Position numbers and translations under genes: made by a program. The notes below the pieces were generated by a model. The model was not told where the DNA came from, did not search any database, and saw only the letters and a list, made by a program, of their open reading frames with translations. From an uncultured bacterium (GTDB lineage Bacteria > Krumholzibacteriota > Krumholzibacteriia > Krumholzibacteriales > Krumholzibacteriaceae), in contig CBDUYR010000063.1 of NCBI GenBank assembly GCA_965371515.1, positions 1 through 12,913 of the forward strand: a stretch of DNA of 12,913 nucleotides, written 5' to 3'. Every line of letters begins with the position of its first letter. Position 1 is the first letter of the stretch. Of the stretch, positions 1-7,517 are shown in pieces.

Positions 1-1
1 G

Positions 2-2392
2 GAGACGATAGAGACATTGACGGGGAGGATAACCGCTCCCGTCGGCACGAAGGTGACGCTGTCGGGCGAGACGAGCATCCCCGTCGATTCAGGGCGTATA
101 AGGTTCGCCGCGGGAGGCAGTTCGGATCTTGTTCCTTCGGCTTCGGGCTTTACCGGCCGGTTCCGTGTGGGCGCGCGGGATACCGCCTATATATATGTCA
201 CCGGAGAGAACGGTCTCGACTGCGAGAGGCCGTCGAGGGTGCCGGTGATCCCCGTTCCCGACAGGCAGCCCACAATCGAGATACTCGCGCCGGACGACGG
301 CGACCTGCTGCCACGCTCGCAGAGGGTCACGATTGTCCTGCGCGCATCGGACGACTACGGCCTCGCGAGGGTAACCCTGTATTACATGATGGAGCGGCGC
401 GGCAGCTGGAAGAAGATCGAGATATTCCCCGACGGGCAGCCCGGGGCGGGGGGGATCGAGGGACCGTACGACTGGTCGCTCGAAGACGAGCGGATAATGC
501 CCGGCGACAGGGTCCTCTTCTACCTCGAGGCGGCAGACAACAATTCGGTATCGGGGCCGTCTGTCTCCCGGACGGAGACGAGGGCGCTGAGGGCTCCCTC
601 GCTGTCCGAGCTGTACGCCGAATCGCGCGACCGCCAGGACCTCCAGAAACAGAATATGGACGATATCCTCGAGGATGGCAGGGAGATCCAGAAGAGGATC
701 TCCGAGCTTTCCGAGGAGATCCGCGCCGAGGGCGAGATGGACTGGAGCCGGCGCAGCGAGGCGGGCGATCTGCTCGAGAGGCAGAAGCGGCTCCAGGACA
801 AGCTGAAGGAGGCGGCAGGGCGGCTCGACGAGACGCTCGAGAGCCTCGAGGCCAACCGGATGACCTCGGCCGAGGTAGGGGAGAAGCTGGAGCAAATACA
901 GTCGCTCATCCGGAAGATCGAGAGCGAAGAGCTGCGCGAGGCGATGGAGAAGCTCCGGTCGATGATGGAGGATGCCGATCCCGACCAGGTCGCCGCGGCG
1001 ATGCAGGACATCGAGATGACGGCGGACAAGCTGATGGAGAGCCTCGACCGGACGATAGAGCTCCTCGAGAGCCTTCTCGACCAGCAGAGGGTCGAGGAGA
1101 TGATGAGAAGGATGGAGGAGATGATCGCGGAGCAGCGGGAGCTGCGAGATTCGACGCTTGCCGGCGGCGACGAGGAGACGGCCGACGATCAGGAAAAGCT
1201 GGGAGACGAGTTCGGCGAGTTCGAGGAGGATCTCGCCGAGTTCTCCGAACAGTCGGAGGACTCGCGCACACCCGGCCTCGACGAGACGGCCGAGCAGGCT
1301 TCTTCCTCGGGCGTGGATTCGCTGATGAAAAAGGCCGCGGCAGACATACGCGAGGGGCAGATGGACGGGGCGTCGTGCAGCCAGGGCGAGGCGTTGAGCA
1401 GGATGCTGTCGCTCTACACGAAGCTCGGGAAATGCCAGATGTCGATGTCTTCATTTGTGGATGAGCAGGTCAACGAACAGATAGAGCGCGCCGTTGTCGA
1501 ACTGATCGAGACCTCGAAGCTCCAGGAGAAGTACGCCGCGTCGCTGTCGTCATCGGGCGGGAGGATGCCTGTGCGCAGTATGATAGGCGGGCAGCTCGAG
1601 ATAAGGGACGCCGTTTCCACGATAACCGACGACCTCTACCTGCTGGCGCGAAAGAGTTTGAGCATCTCACAGGATGCCTTCACCGAGCTCGGTATCGCTA
1701 TCGCGGCGATGGAGGAGGCGATGAACCAGATCGAGACGAGAAAGACGGTAGAGGCGGCGCGAACGGCGGCCCGGGTCCCCGAGCGGATCAACCTTGCCGC
1801 TATAAGGCTTCTCGAGTCGACCTCGTCGAGCGGTTCATGCTCGGGGGGAGGCGGACAGGGGATGCAGCAGCTCTCCGGCGGCCAGATGAAGATCGACAGC
1901 CAGATGCGAGACATGCTCGGTGGACAGGGAGGGCCCTGGTCGATGGAGCAGCGCGCGGCGATGTCGCGGCTCGCCGCGGAGCAGCGCAGCATGGACGAGC
2001 TCCTCCAGCAGATCCTCGAGGAGGGGGGCGGCTCGCAGCAAATGCTCGGCGACTTGAGCGACCTCGGTGGTGAGATGGAGGAGATCGCGCGCAGCCTCGA
2101 GCGGGGAGAGCTCGACAGCGAGCTCCTCGAACGAGAAGAGCGCGTGATGAGCAGGCTGCTCGAATCGCAGCGGTCGCTGAACCGCCGCGACTACAGCAGG
2201 CGCAGGGAGAGCCGGACGGGCGGGGACCTCAGGGCCCTCGACCTGGGTCCCAGGACGTATGCGCCCGATGAGAGGGAACTCCTTCTCGATCGGATCAGGC
2301 GCGCGATGAGGGAAAAGGGCCCCGCCGAATACGAGGAGCTCAACAGGCTATACTTCAGGGCGCTGTCGGGGAAAGCGAGGGAGTCGCGATGA
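2..2392 (+). CDS. DUF4175-like large coiled-coil protein, 5'-truncated by the window edge
   Basis: The frame is open from base 2 (GAG ACG ATA GAG ACA TTG...), so the true start lies upstream. It has an Ig-like beta segment with 'PDRQPTIEIL..P', 'ASDDYGL' and 'FYLEAADNNSVSGP..SRT', followed by long E/Q/M-rich heptad helices. The C-terminus 'RLLESQRSL..R...RRES...P.EYEEL...YF..L' is typical of DUF4175-type proteins as I recall them. The stop overlaps the next start (ATGA, 2389-2392). Confidence 0.75.
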   Translation, partial: ETIETLTGRITAPVGTKVTLSGETSIPVDSGRIRFAAGGSSDLVPSASGFTGRFRVGARDTAYIYVTGENGLDCERPSRVPVIPVPDRQPTIEILAPDDGDLLPRSQRVTIVLRASDDYGLARVTLYYMMERRGSWKKIEIFPDGQPGAGGIEGPYDWSLEDERIMPGDRVLFYLEAADNNSVSGPSVSRTETRALRAPSLSELYAESRDRQDLQKQNMDDILEDGREIQKRISELSEEIRAEGEMDWSRRSEAGDLLERQKRLQDKLKEAAGRLDETLESLEANRMTSAEVGEKLEQIQSLIRKIESEELREAMEKLRSMMEDADPDQVAAAMQDIEMTADKLMESLDRTIELLESLLDQQRVEEMMRRMEEMIAEQRELRDSTLAGGDEETADDQEKLGDEFGEFEEDLAEFSEQSEDSRTPGLDETAEQASSSGVDSLMKKAAADIREGQMDGASCSQGEALSRMLSLYTKLGKCQMSMSSFVDEQVNEQIERAVVELIETSKLQEKYAASLSSSGGRMPVRSMIGGQLEIRDAVSTITDDLYLLARKSLSISQDAFTELGIAIAAMEEAMNQIETRKTVEAARTAARVPERINLAAIRLLESTSSSGSCSGGGGQGMQQLSGGQMKIDSQMRDMLGGQGGPWSMEQRAAMSRLAAEQRSMDELLQQILEEGGGSQQMLGDLSDLGGEMEEIARSLERGELDSELLEREERVMSRLLESQRSLNRRDYSRRRESRTGGDLRALDLGPRTYAPDERELLLDRIRRAMREKGPAEYEELNRLYFRALSGKARESR

Positions 2393-4263
2393 CCAGGGCC
2401 GCTGTATCCGCACTCCTTCTTTTCGCGCTGGTGCTCGGAACTCCCGGCATGCTTTCGGGGCAGGAAGAGGGGCTCGACGAGGCTGCTGCCGCGCTGCTCG
2501 CCAAGGCAAACATTGCGTTGTCCCTGGGGCGTCCCGCCGATGCGATCGATCCACTGAAGGCGATCCTCGCGAGGTATCCCGGGCGTTCCGAGGAGGCGAT
2601 CCTGCTGGCCCGGTGCTACGAGGCGGCGGGGATGTTAAGCGAGGCAGTTGAGTTTCTCGAAGAGGCCCGGAAGAGATGGCCCGGCAAGTTCCGGTTTACC
2701 GAGTTGCTCGGGGTGGCATATCTCGAGATGGGGATGCCCGACAAAGCGGTCGAAGTATGGCATTCGGTCATAGGCGACGACGAGATCAGCGTTGGGCGGC
2801 GAATGCAGGTCTCTGGGCTGGAGTGGAAGGCCGGGATGTTCGACCGGTCGATAGAGACGCTCAAGGAAGCACGAAAGTTCGAGAGGTACTACGTGCGGCT
2901 GACCGCCGAGATAGTGAGGAGGGAGAAGACGAGGGGGAACTACCGCGGTGCGTTCCTGGAGGCGCTCTCCGGGTTCGAGATGGAGGAGAGGCCCGAACTT
3001 GGGCGGGCGAAAAGGGCGATATCGTTGTTCAGGGAGGCGGGCAGCCCTTCGGAGCTGGTTGCTGTCGTCGATTCTTTCGCCGTGCACGGGAAAAAGAACG
3101 CTCCGTTCTTCATCGCCCTGCACGCGGCACTGCTCGTCGAGATCGACGATTACAGATCGGCGGCTCACTACCTGATTCTCGCCGGCTCGGGAGAGGTGCC
3201 GGAAAAGGACCTCTTTTCGTTTGCGCTGCATCTCTACTCGCAGGGAGGGAAGGCGGGAGATAAGGCGTTCGAGGGATACCTGGAACGGACCTCTTCCACC
3301 TTCGTTCGAAAATACAATGATTCGCAACGCGCTCCCAGGCTCCTCCTCGAGGGAGCGGAGCATGCCGAGTACGCCGCGAGACGCGGCGGCCCCGGCGAGC
3401 AGGCGGCCGCGGAGAGGGCCGTGATAATGGCGGACAGCACGATATCACACAAGCGAGGCCGGCCGTACGCGGAGAAGGCCCTGCTGATAAAGGCGAGGGT
3501 GTTGCTCGAGCATCTGCACGATCCCGGCGAGGCCCTGCGGGCGGTCGATTCGGGGGCGTGGCGTCACCAGAACATGGCGCGCGAGGCTGCGGCCATCCGT
3601 CTCGAAGCCCTCATCCTCTCGGGCCGCTGGGACGAGGCGATCAAGAGGTTCGACGCGCTTGTCGCGTCTCCGGATTCTTCGCTGGCCGCCTCGGGGAAGT
3701 ACGGGAAGGGCATGGTGCTGTTTTACCGCGGAGATTTCGAGGAGGCGGCGAAGATCCTTTCCGAGGTAGCCGCAGAGGCTCCGTGGAGCAAGTGGGCGAA
3801 CGACGCCCTCGAGACGGCCGTCCTGATCCGCAGGGCGGAGAGCGAGGATCCCTCCGTCCTGGCCGCTTTCGCTTCGGCGATGGCAGCGGGCGGAAGCGGC
3901 AGATATGGCGAGGCGGCCGATTCGCTCGCCGCCACCGCTGTGAGATATCCCCGTTCGGCGCTTGCCCCCGAGGCATTCTATGAGAGCGCCCTCCTGCTCG
4001 AGAGAGCGGGGCGGCGGCCCGAATCGATCGCGATGCTCGAGAAGATCGCCGAGGCCTATCCGCTGAGCAGGGCGGCCCCGCGGGCGGTCGAGACGCTCGC
4101 GTCTCTCCTCGAGGAGGAAGACCCGCAGGCGTCGGTCCGGTGGTACGCGCTCTTTCTCGAGCGGTACGGGGAGGATCCCTGGGCCACCAGGGTGCGCAGC
4201 AGATACATGAGGCTCAGGAAGAGCCTTTCGGCGGGCCGGCAGGAAGAGGTGGACGAGACATGA
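2389..4263 (+). CDS. Exported tetratricopeptide-repeat (TPR) protein
   Basis: 624 aa with a hydrophobic signal peptide (MTRAAVSALLLFALVLG...), repeated TPR helices (LARCYEAAGMLSEAV, LGVAYLEMGMPDKAV, KGMVLFYRGDFEEA) and C-terminal 'YPxS..AP.A' repeats of BamD/CpoB type. A purine-rich GAGGGAG precedes the start. ATGA overlaps at both ends. Confidence 0.85.
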   Translation: MTRAAVSALLLFALVLGTPGMLSGQEEGLDEAAAALLAKANIALSLGRPADAIDPLKAILARYPGRSEEAILLARCYEAAGMLSEAVEFLEEARKRWPGKFRFTELLGVAYLEMGMPDKAVEVWHSVIGDDEISVGRRMQVSGLEWKAGMFDRSIETLKEARKFERYYVRLTAEIVRREKTRGNYRGAFLEALSGFEMEERPELGRAKRAISLFREAGSPSELVAVVDSFAVHGKKNAPFFIALHAALLVEIDDYRSAAHYLILAGSGEVPEKDLFSFALHLYSQGGKAGDKAFEGYLERTSSTFVRKYNDSQRAPRLLLEGAEHAEYAARRGGPGEQAAAERAVIMADSTISHKRGRPYAEKALLIKARVLLEHLHDPGEALRAVDSGAWRHQNMAREAAAIRLEALILSGRWDEAIKRFDALVASPDSSLAASGKYGKGMVLFYRGDFEEAAKILSEVAAEAPWSKWANDALETAVLIRRAESEDPSVLAAFASAMAAGGSGRYGEAADSLAATAVRYPRSALAPEAFYESALLLERAGRRPESIAMLEKIAEAYPLSRAAPRAVETLASLLEEEDPQASVRWYALFLERYGEDPWATRVRSRYMRLRKSLSAGRQEEVDET

Positions 4264-5522
4264 GAATATTGAGGGTCCTGGTAACGGTCGTGGTTTTCAT
4301 CTCGCTTTTACCGGCGGCGGCGCTGGCCGACTTCCTGGTGCCCATGGACCTGTCGCAGTCGAACCACCTCAAGGCGTACGGTCTCGCCTGGCACGTCCTG
4401 GCCGCGGGCGGGAACGTCAGGTGGCTCCTCAACTACCGCGGCGGCTCGTTCCTCATGCCGGAGACGGCCGGAATCACGCGCGAGGCGCAGGCCAGCGGCG
4501 TGAGGATGGAGAGGATCGGCGGTTCGGAAATCGCGGCGATACTGCAGGAGATGGACGCCTCCAACATGGAGGTCGTCCTCCTCGAGAAGGCGCCGGAGAT
4601 AGCGATCTACGCCCCTCCGAACAAGCAGCCGTGGGACGACGCGGTGATGATGGCCCTCGAGCACGCCGGGATACCGTACAAAACGATCTACGACCGCGAG
4701 GTCCTGGCCGGCAGCCTCCAGCTCTACGACTGGCTCCACCTCCATCACGAGGATTTCACCGGCCAGTACGGCAGGTTCTATCGCGGGTACCACAGTGCCG
4801 AGTGGTACATCAGACAGCAGATCCTCTTCGAGGAGATCGCAGAGGCGCTCGGATACTCGAAGGTCTCCGAGGAGAAGAAGGCGGTTGCCGAGATGATCCG
4901 CGAATATGTGCGCAACGGAGGCTTTCTCTTCGCGATGTGCTCGGCGTGCGACACGGTCGACCTTGCCCTCGCCGCACGGGGCATCGATATCGTGCCGCAC
5001 CAGTTCGATCACGACGGGACGACGCCGGGCTGCCAGGAGAAGCTCGACTACGCGAGGTGTCTCGCCTTCGAGGGCTTTGTCCTCGAGATGAACCCGATGG
5101 TCTATGAGTTCTCAGATATCGATATGACGATGGAGGCCGCGATGAGGGGCGAGGGGAACGACTGGTTCACACTGTTCGAGTTCTCCGCGAAGCACGACCC
5201 GGTGCCGACGATGCTCGTGCAGAACCACGTCTCGGTGATAAAGGGGTTCATGGGACAGACGACCTCGTTCAGGAAGAGCCTGCTGAAGAAGAAGGTCCTC
5301 GTGATGGGAGAGGTCAGGGGAAGCGACGAGGTCCGTTACATACACGGCAACTTCGGGAAGGGGACGTTCACCTTCTTCGGCGGCCACGATCCGGAAGACT
5401 ACCAGCATTTCGTCGGCGACCCTCCGACAGACCTCAACCTCTACCCGAACTCACCTGGATACAGGTTGATCCTCAACAACGTCCTCTTCCCCGCGGCGAG
5501 GAAGAAGGAACAGAAGACCTGA
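4260..5522 (+). CDS. Exported class I glutamine-amidotransferase-like protein (family commonly annotated 'asparagine synthetase B' in FCB bacteria)
   Basis: Start reassigned from 4140 to ATG 4260, which overlaps the TPR stop (ATGA), follows GGAAGAGG and opens a signal peptide (MRILRVLVTVVVFISLLPAAALA-DF). 420 aa. Recognisable motifs: NHLKAYG, WLLNYRGGSF, PWDDAV, YDWLHLHHEDFTGQYG, GGFLFAMCSA, GGHDPEDYQH, NSPGYRLILNNVLFPAA. Confidence 0.8.
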   Translation: MRILRVLVTVVVFISLLPAAALADFLVPMDLSQSNHLKAYGLAWHVLAAGGNVRWLLNYRGGSFLMPETAGITREAQASGVRMERIGGSEIAAILQEMDASNMEVVLLEKAPEIAIYAPPNKQPWDDAVMMALEHAGIPYKTIYDREVLAGSLQLYDWLHLHHEDFTGQYGRFYRGYHSAEWYIRQQILFEEIAEALGYSKVSEEKKAVAEMIREYVRNGGFLFAMCSACDTVDLALAARGIDIVPHQFDHDGTTPGCQEKLDYARCLAFEGFVLEMNPMVYEFSDIDMTMEAAMRGEGNDWFTLFEFSAKHDPVPTMLVQNHVSVIKGFMGQTTSFRKSLLKKKVLVMGEVRGSDEVRYIHGNFGKGTFTFFGGHDPEDYQHFVGDPPTDLNLYPNSPGYRLILNNVLFPAARKKEQKT

Positions 5523-6604
5523 TGAAGATATATCCCGACTACGCCGACCCTGAAGATGCGGAGGAGATCTGCGCCCTGATCGTCCGGTGCCGCGACGCGA
5601 TGGCTGAGAGCGGGATGGAGCAGTGGCCGGAATTCTATCCCGACATCGATGTAGTCAGGGAGGACATCGAATGGAGAAAGCTTCATATTTATCGCGAAGC
5701 GGGTGCGGCAGTCGCCGTGATGACGATAGACAATGTCCAGCCCGAGCCATATTCTGACATTGAATGGAAGTACGGCGAGCGGTATGTCTGCGTACACCGC
5801 CTTGCCGTCGACCCCTCCCGGCAGCGCGAGGGGATCGCGGCGGCCATGATGTCTTTCGCCGAGTTATATGCCACATTGGGTCATAGTTACAGTGTGCGCC
5901 TCGACACCTACAGCCTCAATGCGGCGGCGAACAGTTTCTACGAAAAGATCGGATACGAAAAAAGGGGGACGATCCAGTTGCCCAAGAAACCGGACAGGTA
6001 CAACTGCTACGAGAAGGCCCTGATGCCCGCGGCGCTGCAATCGTTTGTTAAAAAAAGCAGGAGCGTGAGGCGGTTCAAAGAGAGCGAACCGGTGAGCCGC
6101 GAGAAGTTGCAGCTTCTGGTAAAGCTGGCGAGGCTGGCACCCTCGGGTGGAAACAAGCAGCCGCTCAAGTTCATTCTTTCACATGAGATAGAAAGAAATG
6201 CGATTATATTTCCTCACCTTGCCTGGGCGGGGTACATCAAGGACTGGGACGGGCCGGCAGAGGGTGAGAGACCTGCCGCCTACATCGTCATCCTGGGCGA
6301 TACGGAGATCTCGAGAACCTTCGGGTGCGACCATGGTATAGCCGCTCAGGTCATGATGCTCGGGGCGGCCATGTGGGAGCTCGGGGCATGCATCATCGGT
6401 TCTGTCGACCGGAAGGTCCTCGCCGCTGCGCTGGGCCTCTCGGAACGGTACGAGATACTCCTTGTCCTCGCGCTGGGGGAACCGGCCGAAACGGTACTCC
6501 TCGAGGATGTCACGGAGGAGACCGGTATCAAATACTGGCGGTCGGCCGACGGCGTCCACCACGTGCCGAAGCGTTCTCTGGCAGACCTTATCATCGAACC
6601 GTAA
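5522..6604 (+). CDS. GNAT N-acetyltransferase / nitroreductase-family fusion protein
   Basis: Residues ~1-167 are GNAT-like (QW...YP, HRLAVDPSRQREGIA acetyl-CoA motif A, RLDTYSLN..A..FYEKIGY, YEKAL). Residues ~168-360 are nitroreductase-like (RSVRRF, LAPSGGNKQP, DHGIAAQ.MMLGA...LGACIIG, LALGEP, VPKRSL). The start is coupled to the upstream stop by TGATG. Confidence 0.88.
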   Translation: MKIYPDYADPEDAEEICALIVRCRDAMAESGMEQWPEFYPDIDVVREDIEWRKLHIYREAGAAVAVMTIDNVQPEPYSDIEWKYGERYVCVHRLAVDPSRQREGIAAAMMSFAELYATLGHSYSVRLDTYSLNAAANSFYEKIGYEKRGTIQLPKKPDRYNCYEKALMPAALQSFVKKSRSVRRFKESEPVSREKLQLLVKLARLAPSGGNKQPLKFILSHEIERNAIIFPHLAWAGYIKDWDGPAEGERPAAYIVILGDTEISRTFGCDHGIAAQVMMLGAAMWELGACIIGSVDRKVLAAALGLSERYEILLVLALGEPAETVLLEDVTEETGIKYWRSADGVHHVPKRSLADLIIEP

Positions 6605-6610
6605 GATTTT

Positions 6611-7102
6611 TTAACGCGGGAGCATCCCCTCGTCGCGCAGTCTCTCCATGATCGCTTCGACCTGCCGCTCCATCGCGTCGTGGTGGGATCCTTTCCAGTA
6701 GATCCGGCCGCACTCCCTGCATTCGTGAAACTCCCTGAAATCACGCGCAATACGCGGCGGAACACGCTGCGCGGCTTCTTCCGGGGAGATGTCACGCAGG
6801 GTGGTGTTGCATTCGAGGCAGAGGGTGAACGGCTCGATCGCAGGGATCTCCCCGATCGCGGCAAAAAGCTCGACGATCCTCTCCGGGGTGGACGGGCGGT
6901 GCAGGATCACGGGCGGAGGACCGAGCCTGTCGAGGCTGCGCTTGGCTGTTGTAACGGCTGTGCGCCCGGCGCTTTCGGCGTCGGAAAGAAGGTACGGACT
7001 CCTGCTCTCGCCGACGAGCTCGCAGTCGCAGCCGAGCATCCGCATCTTCCGGCAGAGCCTGCCGAGCATTCCGTCCATCAGAAAGCGTGGTCCCATCGTC
7101 AC
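6611..7102 (-). CDS. Mut7-C RNase-domain (PIN-like plus Zn-ribbon) protein
   Basis: N-terminal 'RFLMDGMLGRLCRKMRMLGCD' and C-terminal 'PFTLCLECNTTL...F.ECRECGRIYWKGSH' are the Mut7-C/DUF82 signatures. The start is either GTG 7102 or ATG 7096. Confidence 0.88.
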   Translation of the reverse strand: MTMGPRFLMDGMLGRLCRKMRMLGCDCELVGESRSPYLLSDAESAGRTAVTTAKRSLDRLGPPPVILHRPSTPERIVELFAAIGEIPAIEPFTLCLECNTTLRDISPEEAAQRVPPRIARDFREFHECRECGRIYWKGSHHDAMERQVEAIMERLRDEGMLPR

Positions 7103-7143
7103 TGTGCCGCCGTCGTGGAGGTGCGCAGAATATTCATTTTTCC

Positions 7144-7172
7144 TTGACAGCCTATCAGAAACTCATAAAGAT
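7144..7172 (+). promoter_or_regulatory. Putative sigma70 promoter for the small Zn-ribbon gene
   Basis: Perfect -35 TTGACA at 7144-7149, a 17-nt spacer and a weak -10 AAAGAT at 7167-7172. An AT-rich tract (ATATTCATTTTT) lies upstream, within an otherwise GC-rich sequence. Confidence 0.55.
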
Positions 7173-7257
7173 ATGTACCCACAAAGGTAGGGTTGTCGTG
7201 TTCAGGTGGGTCTAACGCGGAGATGGAGGTGACAAGTCCGGCTCGAGGGGATGCCGG

Positions 7258-7458
7258 ATGGGGAACATGTCGGAAGACTTCACAAAGTGTCTGAAATGTA
7301 AAAATGGTGTTCTTCTGCCTCTTTCGGACTACGGAAGGGACGGTGCGCCGATACGCTACAAGGCATGGGTCTGCAACAATCCGGATTGCGGGTTCAATAT
7401 CAGGATAGACAACGGCGAGATCAGTTACGGAAAAGAACTGGGCTTTTCATCTAAATAG
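7258..7458 (+). CDS. Small C4 Zn-ribbon-like protein (63-66 aa)
   Basis: CLKC...WVCNNPDC gives four cysteines in two knuckles. The gene is flanked by a promoter-like element and an intrinsic terminator. The start is ATG 7258 or ATG 7267; both have G-rich SD-like sequence upstream. Confidence 0.8.
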   Translation: MGNMSEDFTKCLKCKNGVLLPLSDYGRDGAPIRYKAWVCNNPDCGFNIRIDNGEISYGKELGFSSK

Positions 7459-7484
7459 CCCGGGCCGCACAACTTGACGACGAC

Positions 7485-7517
7485 AGAGGGGGGACGCGGG
7501 TCCTCCCTCTATTTTTA
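7485..7517 (+). terminator. Intrinsic (Rho-independent) terminator
   Basis: AGAGGGGGGAC (7485-7495), loop GCGG, GTCCTCCCTCT (7500-7510) form an 11-bp stem with one G-U pair, followed by ATTTTTA. It lies between two convergent genes. Confidence 0.85.

Noticed and set aside
640..2340. Recurrent CTCGAG/GAGGAG/GAGATG words suggesting a repeat array
   Set aside because: They are explained by Leu/Glu/Met codon usage in a coiled-coil protein. There is no fixed period or spacer structure, so this is not CRISPR or a tandem repeat.
4140..4259. 40-codon N-terminal extension given by the ORF track
   Set aside because: It overlaps the TPR gene. ATG 4260 has an SD-like sequence, an ATGA coupling and a signal peptide directly after it.
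89..5012. Long antisense and alternative-frame ORFs (for example 89-895, 2635-3363, 4308-5012)
   Set aside because: They shadow well-supported genes and lack recognisable motifs. Stop-poor alternative frames are expected in GC-rich coding DNA.
6587..6613. T-tract between the convergent stops at 6604 and 6611 as a terminator
   Set aside because: No convincing GC-rich stem precedes the T-run on the plus strand.
7128..7135. Palindrome GAATATTC upstream of the TTGACA box
   Set aside because: It is only 8 bp with no second copy or recognisable regulator consensus, so it is compatible with chance.
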